Positions 24,691 through 34,375 of a DNA stretch of 64,000 nt are shown here, in pieces (positions within the stretch are counted from its first letter, which is position 1; each line of letters begins with the position of its first letter). The stretch covers positions 416,001 through 480,000 of the forward strand of contig CAVVEU010000040.1 of the NCBI GenBank assembly GCA_963747235.1, read 5' to 3'. The translations under genes were made by a program, and so were the position numbers. Origin of the DNA: an uncultured Candidatus Rokubacteria bacterium. Lineage in GTDB: Bacteria > Methylomirabilota > Methylomirabilia > Rokubacteriales > CSP1-6. The notes beneath the pieces are model-generated. The model worked only from the letters and a program-made list of their open reading frames with translations. It did not search any database and was not told the origin of the DNA.

Positions 24691-24773
24691 CGGCGGGCCG
24701 GGACGCGAGGCCTACCAGCCGGTAACCGCACTCGTCAGCCGGACTACCGGGCGATCGACCGACCTGATGCGAC

Positions 24774-25676
24774 TTACCAGCCCGCGTAGATCCCCTCGCG
24801 GGTGGTGGGCGCGGTCCCGCGCGTCTGGTCCCACTGCTTCTGCATCAGGATCTGGTAGAGGCCGATCGAGCCGGTCGCGAAGGCCGCCGACGAGCACGTG
24901 AGGTAGAGGAGCCAGGTCCGGTAGACCTGCTCGCCCACGATCGCGCGCGCCTCGTCCGCGCGGGCCTTGAGACGCTCCGCCCACTGCCGGCACGTGCGCG
25001 CGTAGTGCGGCCGCAGGTTCTCCAGATCGAGCAGCTCCCAGCCCGCCCGCTCCATCTCGGTGAGCGTCTCGGTCACGCCGGAGAGATCGCCGTTGGGGAA
25101 GACGTGGCGATAGAGGAAGTCGGTCTGGCTGGTGCGCTTCCAGTGGAACTCGTGGTGGATGCCGTGGTTGAGGTAGAGGCCCCCGTCCACCAGCATCTCC
25201 TTCACCCGCGCGAAGAACGACGGGTAGTTCGGGATGCCCACGTGCTCGATCACCCCGATGGCCGCGACCTTGTCGTAGCGCGCGTCCGCGGGCAGGTCCC
25301 GCACGTCGCGGTACTCGACGAGGCACCGGTCCTCGAGCCCTTCCCGCTTGATCCGCGCGGTCGCCCACTCCGCCTGCGCCCTGGAGAGCGTGACCCCGTG
25401 GGCGCGGACGCCGTAGTGCTGGGCGGCCCAGATGCTGAAGCCGCCCCAGCCGCAGCCGATGTCGAGCACCCGCTCGCCCGGCTGCAGTCGCAGCTTCCGG
25501 CAGACCAGGTCGAGCTTGTCCTCCTGCGCCTGCTCGAGCTTGCCGTCCGCGTCGCGGTAGTACGCGCACGTGTAGACCATCAGCGGGTCCAGGAACAGCG
25601 CGTAGAAGTCATTCGAGACGTCGTAGTGATGCGCGATCGATCGGGCGTCGTGATCCTTGGATCGAGCCTGTGTCAT
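24774..25676 (-). CDS. cfa: Cyclopropane-fatty-acyl-phospholipid synthase family methyltransferase (catalytic domain only)
   Basis: IAHHYDVSNDFY, YTCAYY, AQEDKLD, LDIGCGWG, IEHVG, HYARTC; lacks the N-terminal domain. Confidence 0.9.
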   Translation of the reverse strand: MTQARSKDHDARSIAHHYDVSNDFYALFLDPLMVYTCAYYRDADGKLEQAQEDKLDLVCRKLRLQPGERVLDIGCGWGGFSIWAAQHYGVRAHGVTLSRAQAEWATARIKREGLEDRCLVEYRDVRDLPADARYDKVAAIGVIEHVGIPNYPSFFARVKEMLVDGGLYLNHGIHHEFHWKRTSQTDFLYRHVFPNGDLSGVTETLTEMERAGWELLDLENLRPHYARTCRQWAERLKARADEARAIVGEQVYRTWLLYLTCSSAAFATGSIGLYQILMQKQWDQTRGTAPTTREGIYAGW

Positions 25677-26797
25677 GGCGCCACCTCTCGCATGCCGAAG
25701 ATGGAATCGAACACGATCCGTCGCCGCGCCGCCTCCGAGCCCAGGACCACCCGCACCCCGAGCCGGGCCAGCGCGTCGGGGAGATTCGAGAGCTTCCGCT
25801 GGAGCCAGCCGGCCTCACCGGGGCCATAGCGCGCCACGATCTCCCGCGCATAGCCGTCGAGCGGCGTGCCCTGGCGAATGAGCGCCGTCACGGCCGCCGC
25901 GGCCAGCCGGCCGCTCCGGATGGCGGGCCCGATCCCCTCGCCCGACAGGTCGCGGGCGAGCCCGGCCGCATCGCCGATGAGGCAGAACCGGCGGCCAGCC
26001 AGGCGCCGGGGCGCCTGCCGCCGCACCACGTACGCGTGCCCCTTGAACGGCTCGAGCGGGATCCCGTCCGGCAGGCGGCCCGACGCGCGCAAGCTCGCCA
26101 TCAGCGCGTCGCGCCGCCGGGGCAGGCTACCGTCGCCGCCCTGGGTGCAGCCGACGCCGATATTGATGAAGTCGCGCTTCGGGAAGTACCAGCCGTAGCC
26201 GCGCAGGTCGGGCTCGATGTAGAGCTCGGGCGCGTGCAGGAACGGCTCGAGGCGCGCGACCCACTCGGGCGGCAGCCGCGTTTCGCTCTCCTGCGCCACC
26301 ACGACCTCCTCGCGCCCGGAGACCTGCCCGAGCACGCGCGCCACCGGGCAGCGATGGCCGCCCGCGCCGATCACCACCGGCGCTTCGAAGGCCCCGCGAT
26401 CGGTCTCGACCCGGACCCGGTCCGCCTGCTCGGCCACGTCGGTCACCCGGACGCCCCAGCGCACGTCCGCCCCCGCGGCCGCGGCCCGCTCGAGCAGATA
26501 GTGATCGAACTCGCGGCGGATGATGCCGTAGCTGGTGGGCCGGCGCCAGCCCGTCTCGTGCCGGGCCCCCGCGAACTCCAGCACGCACTGGTCGAACGGC
26601 TGGATGGTCCTCGGGTACTTGTCGGGGTCCACCTCGAGGTCGACGAGCGCTTCCGGGGTCACCCAGCCCGCGCAGATCTTCACCCGCGGGAAGACCGCCG
26701 CGTCGAGCACGAGGGGGCGCAGGCCCGCCAGGGCCAGCCGCCAGGCCGCGGTGCTCCCGCCCGGCCCGCCCCCGACCACGATCGCGTCGTAACTCAT
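25673..26797 (-). CDS. Geranylgeranyl-reductase-family FAD-dependent oxidoreductase
   Basis: IVVGGGPGGS, FPRVKICAG, RREFDHYL, GYGWYFPK, IGDAAG..SGEGIGPAIRSG. Confidence 0.88.
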   Translation of the reverse strand: MSYDAIVVGGGPGGSTAAWRLALAGLRPLVLDAAVFPRVKICAGWVTPEALVDLEVDPDKYPRTIQPFDQCVLEFAGARHETGWRRPTSYGIIRREFDHYLLERAAAAGADVRWGVRVTDVAEQADRVRVETDRGAFEAPVVIGAGGHRCPVARVLGQVSGREEVVVAQESETRLPPEWVARLEPFLHAPELYIEPDLRGYGWYFPKRDFINIGVGCTQGGDGSLPRRRDALMASLRASGRLPDGIPLEPFKGHAYVVRRQAPRRLAGRRFCLIGDAAGLARDLSGEGIGPAIRSGRLAAAAVTALIRQGTPLDGYAREIVARYGPGEAGWLQRKLSNLPDALARLGVRVVLGSEAARRRIVFDSIFGMREVAP

Positions 26798-27144
26798 CAC
26801 CGCCTCCACAGCGACAGCAAGATCGACAACTTCTGGAGCGGCGTCACCTTCAGGTCCTCGACCACGTTGGCCACGTCCATCGCCCGGAACAGGTCGCCTT
26901 CCAGGTCGATCCGGCTCTGCACGTAGGCCTCGGCGAAATTGTACGGCGAAGGGTCCCGGATCAGGGCCAGGAACGTTTCCGGGCTCTTGATGACCGCGAT
27001 GCACTCGGGCCGGTCCGAGCCGAAGCGCACCTCCTGGCCGTCCCAGAGCCGGAAGGCGAACGCGGCGGGCAGGCTCCCGAAGACCCGTCGCAGGATCGCG
27101 GCGGCCCGGGCGGGAGTCGGGGTGGGGGTCAGGAAGGCCAGCAT
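26797..27144 (-). CDS. Stand-alone CFA-synthase N-terminal (lipid-binding-like) domain protein
   Basis: FAFRLWDG...PSPYNFAEAYVQSRIDLEGDL resembles the CFA N-terminal 'LGEAY..G.ID.EGD' motif; TGATG overlaps at both ends. Confidence 0.75.
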   Translation of the reverse strand: MLAFLTPTPTPARAAAILRRVFGSLPAAFAFRLWDGQEVRFGSDRPECIAVIKSPETFLALIRDPSPYNFAEAYVQSRIDLEGDLFRAMDVANVVEDLKVTPLQKLSILLSLWRR

Positions 27145-27863
27145 CACCCGCGGAGGGTCTTCATGACGTCGGGGTTCTCGAACGCACGCCTGGGCTCTCC
27201 TTCGAAGATGATCTCGCCGCGGTCGATAGCATACAACCGATCGGCCACCCGGGAGGCGGTCATCAAATTGGACTCGGCGATCAGGAGGGAGATGCCCATG
27301 GCCTTGATTTGCTTGACCGCGTCGATGAACCGGCTCACCACCACCGGGGCCAGCCCCTCGAACGGCTCGTCCAGCAGCAGGATGGACGGCGAGAGCGTCA
27401 TGGCCCGGCCGATCGCCACCATCTTCTTCTGGCCACCCGACAGGAAGAGCCCCCGCCGGCCCGTGAAATCGCCGATCTCGGGGAAGAGCCTCAGCACGCG
27501 CTCGTCGATGCCGTTGCCCGCCAGCACCGCGCCCCCCTTCCCGGCGGACCGGGCGAGCGACTGGCTGATGCGGAAATTCTCCGCGACGGTCAGATCGGGG
27601 AAGATCCCCGCGTCCTCCGGCGAGTAGCCGATGCCCGCGAGCGCCCGCCGATGCGTGGGCAGCTTCGTGATGTCGCGGCCCCCGAGGGCGACCCGGCCGC
27701 TGCGCACGGGCAGCAGGCCCATGATGCCGTCGATGGTGGTCGTCTTGCCCGCGCCGTTGCGCCCGACCAGGCAGACCGATTCGCGGTCCCCGACGGTCAG
27801 CGAGAGGTTCCGCAGCACCTGGGCGGGCCCGCGGAAGACGTTCAGCCCCTCGAGCTCGAGCAT
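27144..27863 (-). CDS. livF: Liv-type ABC ATPase LivF-like
   Basis: [27 protein letters not shown]. Confidence 0.9.
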   Translation of the reverse strand: MLELEGLNVFRGPAQVLRNLSLTVGDRESVCLVGRNGAGKTTTIDGIMGLLPVRSGRVALGGRDITKLPTHRRALAGIGYSPEDAGIFPDLTVAENFRISQSLARSAGKGGAVLAGNGIDERVLRLFPEIGDFTGRRGLFLSGGQKKMVAIGRAMTLSPSILLLDEPFEGLAPVVVSRFIDAVKQIKAMGISLLIAESNLMTASRVADRLYAIDRGEIIFEGEPRRAFENPDVMKTLRG

Positions 27864-27867
27864 TCGG

Positions 27868-28620
27868 TCAGGCGGTCGGGGCGCCGAGCAGGTTGGCGGT
27901 CACCTGGGGGTGGTTCCGGATCTGGTCCGGCGTGCCGTCGGCCAGGATGGCGCCCTGGTGCATGGCCACGATCCGGGGGCAATAGGTGAAGACCACGTCC
28001 ATGTCGTGCTCGACGATGACCGCGGTGATGCCGCCCGAGCGGACCACCGCGGTGATGATGTCCATGATCGGCGCCTTCTCGCGCGTGCTGACCCCGCTGG
28101 TCGGCTCGTCCAGGAAGAGGAGCTTGGGCCGGAGCGCGTAGGCCACCGCCACGTCGAGCAGCTTGCGCTCGCCCTGGGACAGGCCGCCCGCGGGCGACCC
28201 GGTGCGGGCGTCGAGCCCGAACTGCTTGAGCACCGCCACCGCCTCGTCCCGCACCGCGGTGTCGGCGGCGGCCAGCCTGAACAACCGCCGCGTGCGCCCT
28301 TCGCGGGAGAAGATGGCCAGCGTCACGTTGTCGTGCACGCTCAGCTGGTCGAACAGGTTGACGAGCTGGAAGCTGCGCGCGATCCCGAGCTCGATCTTGT
28401 GGTGGATGGAGGCCCGCGTGATGTCGGCCCCCTGGAACTCGATGCGGCCGGAGTCGGGCGGGATGAGCCCGCTGATCAGGTTGATCAGGGTCGTCTTCCC
28501 CGCGCCGTTGGAGCCGATGAGGGCCAGCACCTCGCCCGCGGTCACCGTGAAGTCCACGTGGTCCACCGCGTGGGTCTCCCCGAAGGACTTGCTGAGCTGG
28601 GTGGTCTTGAGGATGTCCAC
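27868..28620 (-). CDS. livG: Liv-type ABC ATPase LivG-like
   Basis: GSNGAGKTT, IARSFQ, LFLDEPTSG, VEHDMD. Confidence 0.88.
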   Translation of the reverse strand: MDILKTTQLSKSFGETHAVDHVDFTVTAGEVLALIGSNGAGKTTLINLISGLIPPDSGRIEFQGADITRASIHHKIELGIARSFQLVNLFDQLSVHDNVTLAIFSREGRTRRLFRLAAADTAVRDEAVAVLKQFGLDARTGSPAGGLSQGERKLLDVAVAYALRPKLLFLDEPTSGVSTREKAPIMDIITAVVRSGGITAVIVEHDMDVVFTYCPRIVAMHQGAILADGTPDQIRNHPQVTANLLGAPTA

Positions 28621-28622
28621 GC

Positions 28623-29597
28623 TCAGGCCGCCTTGGCCGGGCGCACCGCGAAGCGCCGCACGGTCCCCACGATCCCCGCGGGCAGTGCCAGCACCAGCAC
28701 CACCAGCACGATGCCCAGCACCATCTGCCAGTACACGGTGTGGCCCACCGCGTAGGTCTCGAGGTAGTTGAAGATGATCGCGCCGATGATCGGGCCGAAG
28801 AAGGTCTGGAAACCGCCCAGCACCGTGAAGAAGACCATCTTGCCCGAGAAGGTCCAGTGCAGGATGTCGGGGGTGGTGAGCCCGTTGAGCGGCACCCACA
28901 GCGCGCCGGCCAGCCCGGTGAAGATCCCGGAGATCAGGAAGGCCACCCAGCGGTAGTGCCAGACCTGCACGCCCACGAACTCGGCGCGCGTCTCGTTGTC
29001 GCGGATCGCCTGGAGCGCCTTGCCGAAGGGGGAGTGCACGATGACCCACATCACGGCCACGCAGACCACGAAGACCGCGAGGACGTAGAAGTAGTACCGG
29101 TGGGAGAGGAACTCGAACTTGTCGCCGCCCGCCCGCACGAATCCGCCGAGCAGGGTGGGCGTCGGCACGCGGAGGCCGTCGCTGCCGCCGGTCACCCAGA
29201 AGAACTTGAACGCGAGGCTCCACAGCACCTGCGACAGCGCCATCGTGAGAATGCCGAAGAAGATCTTGGTGTAGCGCACGCAGAGCAGCCCGAAGAGCGC
29301 GGCCACCGCTCCCGAGGCGAGGATGCCGGCCAGGAGGAAGGCCTCCATGGACTCGAGCTTGAGGTACTTGACGGTGAAGGCCACCGCGTAGGCGCCCATG
29401 CCGAAGTAGGCGGAGTGGCCGAAGGACAGCAGGCCGGTGTAGCCCAGCAGCAGGTTGAAGCCGAGCGCGGCGATCGCGAAGACCAGGCCGTAGGTGAGCA
29501 GCACGGTCTGGTACGGGGGCACCACGTACGGCAGGACGATCAGCGCGAGCAGCACCGGCGCCGACCAGGTGAGCACGCGGCGCGGCGGCCCCGTCAT
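28623..29597 (-). CDS. livM: Liv-type ABC permease LivM-like
   Basis: GFNLLLGYTGLLSFGHSAYFG, SPFGKALQAIRDNE. Confidence 0.9.
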   Translation of the reverse strand: MTGPPRRVLTWSAPVLLALIVLPYVVPPYQTVLLTYGLVFAIAALGFNLLLGYTGLLSFGHSAYFGMGAYAVAFTVKYLKLESMEAFLLAGILASGAVAALFGLLCVRYTKIFFGILTMALSQVLWSLAFKFFWVTGGSDGLRVPTPTLLGGFVRAGGDKFEFLSHRYYFYVLAVFVVCVAVMWVIVHSPFGKALQAIRDNETRAEFVGVQVWHYRWVAFLISGIFTGLAGALWVPLNGLTTPDILHWTFSGKMVFFTVLGGFQTFFGPIIGAIIFNYLETYAVGHTVYWQMVLGIVLVVLVLALPAGIVGTVRRFAVRPAKAA

Positions 29598-29620
29598 GGG
29601 CCTGGCTCATGCCTGGGCCT

Positions 29621-30503
29621 TCATGCGCGGCCCAGGATCCCCGCGGGACGGATCATGAGCACGGCCGCCGCCATCAGGTAGAGCACGGCCAGCTCGACCT
29701 CCGGGAAGAACGTGATGCCGGCCTCGCGCACGAAGCCCACCATGAGCGCGCCGATCAGCGCGCCCTCGAGGCTGCCGAGCCCGCCGATGACCACCACCAC
29801 GAACGCGAGGATCAGCGCGTCCACCCCCATGCCGAGCACCGCGCCCTGCTGGGGCACGATCACCGACCCGCCGAGGCCCGCCATGAAGCAGCCGAGCGTG
29901 AAGGCCTGCACGTAGACGCGGTTGACGTTGACGCCGAGGGCGGAGGCCATGCGCATGTTCTGGGACGTGGCGCGCAGCACGACGCCGAACTGGGTGCGAT
30001 AGACGAAGGCCCAGAGCCCGGCGGCCGCGACCCCGCCGATGACGATCACCACCAGGTTGTAGGTCGGGTAGATGGACTCGCCGAAGGTGAGGCTGCCGAG
30101 GCCCTCGTAGAGCGCGCTCGCCTGCAGCGGATAGGGGCCCCAGATGAGCCGCATGAGGTCTTCCAGGATCAGGAGCAGGCCGAAGGTGATGAGGAGCTGA
30201 TACTCCTCCGCGCGGCGATAGAGCGGCCGCAGCAGCGTGGGCTCGAGCACCGCGCCCAGCGCGGCGGCGGCGATCGCGCCGACCGGCAGGAGCGCGTACA
30301 TCCAGATGCTGGCCTCGGTGGCGCCGCCGAGCGCGCGTGCCCACCGCCCACGCGGTCACGTAGGCGCCGAAGGCGTAGAGGTTGCCGTGCGCGAGATTGA
30401 CGATGCGCATGACCCCGTAGATCAGGCTCAACCCGCCCGCGATCAGGAACATCACCGACGCGTAGAGGAGCGCGTTGAGGACGTGGACGACCAGGGTGTC
30501 CAT
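29621..30503 (-). CDS. livH: Liv-type ABC permease LivH-like, indel near 30335
   Basis: GLSLIYGVMRIVNLAHG in one frame; VIGGLGSLEGA, RPAGILG in the next. Confidence 0.85.
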
Positions 30504-30526
30504 GGGCCCCGATAAGATGCCCTAGT

Positions 30527-32740
30527 TCATGGGGCGGCATCAACCCGGAACTGCGCGGTCGCCACTTCCGGGCCGACGAGGTTGTCGCCCAGGGCCAGCG
30601 CCACCAGGGCCGTGTAGGCGCCCGGCCTGAGCCGGCCCTTGAGATCCACGATCAGGCGATGGGCCTGCACGTCGCGGGACACCCCGGCGGCGGCCACCGT
30701 GCCGTCGGCGCCCAGGATCACGTAGCGGCAGGCGGGCAGATCGGGGCGCTCCTCCTCGCCGCGGGAGCCCAGCGGCTCGCGGACGAGGCGGTACTCCCGG
30801 AGGAACTTCTCCAGCCGCTCGATCTCCGGCACGATCTCGAGGCGGTCGCCCCGCGCGGTGATGCGCGTAACGTAGGCACGCCGCGGGATCGCGAAGCGAT
30901 CGTAGCTGCCGACGCCGAGCGGGTTGTTCATGTCCCGGAAGACGCCGAGCACGACCGCCCCGTCGGTCCACTTCTCGAGCTGGTAGGGCCCGTTCGTGAC
31001 CAGGTAGTGCCCCCGGCGCTGGGCGAACTGGCGGAGCGCGGCCCAGCGGGCCTGCGCCTCGTCGGCCGCCACCAGCCGCTTGAGCGCCTCCGGGACGTAG
31101 TTCTGGCGCGCGAGGCCGTCCAGGATCGCGCCGAGCTCCTCGCGCGTCTTCGGGTCGCGCGCGAGATCGAGCCAGCGCACCCCGCGCCGGCGCGCCTCGG
31201 CCGCCGAGAACGCGCCGACGCCCCGCTTGACCGCTTCCTCCATCAGCACCATCACGTGCCAGGGCGTGGCGCTCCAGGGCGGCGCCAGCGCGGCCAGCTC
31301 CGCGGTGTCCGCGGTGGCCGCGTTGAGGTAGACCTCCACCACCGGCACCACGTAGGTGAACGTGATGTCGCTGTAGCGCCGCACCTCGCTGTCCACCTTC
31401 ACCAGCCGCACGCCGACGAGGGCCTGGCGCGCGGTCTCGGTGGCCGCCTCGACCGCGGGATCGTGCTCGACGTGGCCGGGCGCGCGCCGGGCGCTCCAGC
31501 GCGCGGCGAAGATGTACGGATAGAGCGCGTCGGCGGCCGAGACGCGCGTGTTGTCGTGGGCCGCCGAGCCCCAGAGGCGATAGGTCACGCGGGCCTTCGC
31601 GGTCTTCCCCTTCCCCACCGGCAGCAGCGCGCCGGTCCCGGCCTCCGGCAGCAGCGCGTCCTCGGGGATCTCGAAGCCCGACGGGCCCGCCACCGCGACC
31701 TGGGCGGGCACCGCGCGATGGGGAATGAACCCGGCCGCGTAGGGGGCCGGGATCAGGCCGGGATCGCCGACCGCGGCCCAGAGCAGCCGCCCGGGCGCGT
31801 CGGTGAAGCCCGCGACCGGATTCCAGGCCGCGGTGGCGCGCCCGGCCACGCCGACCTTGAGCCACCCGTTCCACGGAAAATCCTTGAGCTTGGCGGTGCG
31901 CACGAAGATCTCGGAGTTGAAGCCCCGCTGGGAATCCCAGCCGATGTTCTCGATGCCCTGCGAGAACTCCGAGTTGAAGGGCTCGCGCCGCACCGTGTAG
32001 CCCAGCACGGGCCGCTCGCACCCGGCCGCGAGCCGCTGGACGAGCCGGCGCTCGAGCTCCGCGCGCTCCGCCGCGCCGTCGTAGGCGAACGTGGTGAGGC
32101 GCCGGTAGAGGCCCTCGACGGCCTGGCGGGCGGCCGGGTCCGTGATGGCGGGCGCCTGGAGCAGGTAGGCGTGAAACCATCCCTCCTTGAGCCAGGGCGG
32201 CGCGAAGGTGCCGCCCGCGCCGATCGCGTGCGCGGCCAGCAGGCCCTGGAGGTCCACCTCCTCGACGGTCACCGGCCGGGACGGCGGGCCCGCGGGTGCC
32301 GTCTCGACGGCCTTGCGCGCGGCCTGGGCGAGATCCCAGTGCTGGAGATAGTCCGCGTGATAGGGCGTGATCGCGTACGGATGCGCGACGTGACCGGCGC
32401 GCGGACCGCCCAGGCTCTTGCCGGCACGCGAGGCGGCGGCGCAGCGGGCCGGGGCGTCGGCCGGCGCCGGGTTGAACCGCGCGACCAGGTAGCCCCCGAG
32501 CGAGTCCACGGAGGTGACGTGGGCCGGGAGCCGGCCGCCCGCGAAGGGATCGCCGCCGACATAGGCGTGCAGCGTGCCGTTGCGCAGGAGCGGCACCGCG
32601 GCGGCCGGGGAGAGCGCCTCGATGCGGATCTCCTGCGGGTAGTAGCCGGGATAGAACGGCAGCTCGTGCCCGGCGCGCGCGGGAGGCGCGCCGCCGGCGA
32701 ACACGAGCATCAACGCAACGGCGAGACCGCGGGTGAACAC
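30527..32740 (-). CDS. Large (~737 aa) periplasmic protein, divergent family-5 (OppA-like) binding protein
   Basis: GTG start and signal peptide (VFTRGLAVALMLVFAGGAPPARA); WNPVAGFTD, TNGPYQLEKW reminiscent of SBP_bac_5. Confidence 0.65.
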   Translation of the reverse strand: MFTRGLAVALMLVFAGGAPPARAGHELPFYPGYYPQEIRIEALSPAAAVPLLRNGTLHAYVGGDPFAGGRLPAHVTSVDSLGGYLVARFNPAPADAPARCAAASRAGKSLGGPRAGHVAHPYAITPYHADYLQHWDLAQAARKAVETAPAGPPSRPVTVEEVDLQGLLAAHAIGAGGTFAPPWLKEGWFHAYLLQAPAITDPAARQAVEGLYRRLTTFAYDGAAERAELERRLVQRLAAGCERPVLGYTVRREPFNSEFSQGIENIGWDSQRGFNSEIFVRTAKLKDFPWNGWLKVGVAGRATAAWNPVAGFTDAPGRLLWAAVGDPGLIPAPYAAGFIPHRAVPAQVAVAGPSGFEIPEDALLPEAGTGALLPVGKGKTAKARVTYRLWGSAAHDNTRVSAADALYPYIFAARWSARRAPGHVEHDPAVEAATETARQALVGVRLVKVDSEVRRYSDITFTYVVPVVEVYLNAATADTAELAALAPPWSATPWHVMVLMEEAVKRGVGAFSAAEARRRGVRWLDLARDPKTREELGAILDGLARQNYVPEALKRLVAADEAQARWAALRQFAQRRGHYLVTNGPYQLEKWTDGAVVLGVFRDMNNPLGVGSYDRFAIPRRAYVTRITARGDRLEIVPEIERLEKFLREYRLVREPLGSRGEEERPDLPACRYVILGADGTVAAAGVSRDVQAHRLIVDLKGRLRPGAYTALVALALGDNLVGPEVATAQFRVDAAP

Positions 32741-32745
32741 AGGAG

Positions 32746-32833
32746 CCCCCTCACCCCGGCCCTCTCCCCGACGGGGAGAGGGGGCAGCGAGACTCCCTCT
32801 CCCCCGCGAGGGGGAGAGGGCAGGGTGAGGGGG
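32746..32833. repeat. REP-like composite palindrome (CCCCTCACCC..CCTCTCCCC family)
   Basis: CCCCCTCACCCCGGCCCTCTCCCC...GGGGAGAGGG..CCCTCTCCCCC..GGGGGAGAGGGCAGGGTGAGGGGG. Confidence 0.85.
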
Positions 32834-32847
32834 CGTGTCCGTGTGAC

Positions 32848-34233
32848 CTAGGCCTTCATCTGCGGCCAGGTCTTGTCGATCCAGGTATACGTGGAGGTCG
32901 GCTCCCCCTTCGGCCAGCCGGGAGGCGCCGTGATGTTGCGGATCGGGATCGTGATGATGCGGGTCGGATCCAGGATCTGGAACGGATAGTCGGGCGAGTT
33001 CATGCTGAAGCCCGTCATCGCGTCCTTGTAGCCCTGGTGCGTATCGGGCCGGATGTACACGTAGCCGGCGGGCCCGGCGTGCATCGCGCCCTCGAGCTGG
33101 CTGATGATCGCGTCGTCGTCCGGCCAGCCGCCCATCAGCTTGTTGGCCTTCTCGACCGCGGTCTTCAGCATGTACAGCGTCGAGTACGCGCCCTCCGACT
33201 GGAAGTTCGGATACTCCTTCCACCGGTCGAAGTACTTCTTCACGAACTCGGTGTTGAGCGGCCAGCGATTGTTCGGCGGGTAGTTGAAGTAGTAGTTGGA
33301 GTGCACGCCCGCGATCGCGCCCTCGGGATGATCCTTGCCGATCGCGTGCGGGGCCACTCCGAAGGCGATGGTGGAGGCGAACTTCATCTTCTTGAACATG
33401 TCGTAGCGGAGCGCCTGCTTGTACATGGCCACGTAGTCGCCGCCCCACACCGAGGACACCAGGAGGTCCGGCTTCGACGAGATGGCCTTGGTGATGTGGG
33501 AGGTGAAGTCGGTGGTCCCGAGCTTGGGCCAGCCCTCCGACACCACCTGGGCCCCCGGCACCATCTTCTTCATCACGATGTTGAAGTGGTCGAAGGCGTT
33601 CCGCCCGTAGGAGTAATCGGGATGGATGTGGGCGACCCGCTTGATCTGTTTGCCCCACGTCATGGCCGCGGCGACCGCGCAGGTGACGCCGTCGGCCGAC
33701 TGGATATTGGTGATGCGGAAGATGTAGTGCGGGTTCGGCACCGCCTTGTCGAAGAGAAAGTCGGTGCAGCCGTCCACGAAGATGGTGAGCAGCTTCAGCT
33801 CCTCGGCCACCGGCCCGAGCGCGGGCGTGTTGCCGCTCGAGATGACCCCGGTGAAGAGGTCGACCTTCTCCGACAGCTTGAGCCGCCGCATCTCCTTCAC
33901 GTTGGCGTCGGTGCCCGCGTTCTCGTCGGCCTTGAACGTCTCGATCTTGCGCTTGCCGAGCAGGCCGCCCTGCGCATTGATCTCCTCCGCGGCGAGCGTG
34001 TGCCCCTTGAAGGAGGGCTCGCCCAGCACCGCGGCGGCGCCGGTGAAGAAGGTCATGTGGGCGATCTTGTACGGCGTGTCCGGGATCGTGCCCTTGGGCT
34101 GCGCGTGCGCTTGCGAGATCAGCGGCACGGCGGCGAGGGGTACGCCGGCGGCGGTGGCGGCGCCGGCGGCGGCGGTGCCGACGGTCACGCCCAGACGGGC
34201 CAGGAAATCTCGACGGCTCACTTCTTGGGTCAT
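32848..34233 (-). CDS. Liv-type ABC substrate-binding protein with Tat signal
   Basis: MTQEVSRRDFL twin-arginine motif; EINAQGGLLG, PDYSYGR, DFTSHITK; GAGGAGG RBS. Confidence 0.88.
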   Translation of the reverse strand: MTQEVSRRDFLARLGVTVGTAAAGAATAAGVPLAAVPLISQAHAQPKGTIPDTPYKIAHMTFFTGAAAVLGEPSFKGHTLAAEEINAQGGLLGKRKIETFKADENAGTDANVKEMRRLKLSEKVDLFTGVISSGNTPALGPVAEELKLLTIFVDGCTDFLFDKAVPNPHYIFRITNIQSADGVTCAVAAAMTWGKQIKRVAHIHPDYSYGRNAFDHFNIVMKKMVPGAQVVSEGWPKLGTTDFTSHITKAISSKPDLLVSSVWGGDYVAMYKQALRYDMFKKMKFASTIAFGVAPHAIGKDHPEGAIAGVHSNYYFNYPPNNRWPLNTEFVKKYFDRWKEYPNFQSEGAYSTLYMLKTAVEKANKLMGGWPDDDAIISQLEGAMHAGPAGYVYIRPDTHQGYKDAMTGFSMNSPDYPFQILDPTRIITIPIRNITAPPGWPKGEPTSTYTWIDKTWPQMKA

Positions 34234-34350
34234 GTGTGCTCCCTCCTCATGGAGAGGCCGGTTAAGGACAGTCGGGCAGGTACCGGGCGGATCATCCGTC
34301 GCCATACTGCCCCAGCCACCGAGGCAACCGCAAGGATCTCGCGCACCGGC

Positions 34351-34356
34351 TATAAT
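34351..34356 (+). promoter_or_regulatory. -10 element TATAAT
   Basis: Consensus hexamer in GC-rich DNA, 19 nt before ATG 34376. Confidence 0.5.
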
Positions 34357-34375
34357 CGGGCCCGGGGTCCGGGCC

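Noticed and set aside
30527-33658. 1043-aa ORF spanning the SBP and REP
   Set aside because: The upstream part is an alternate frame of the Tat SBP plus REP-derived peptide; the signal peptide begins at 32740
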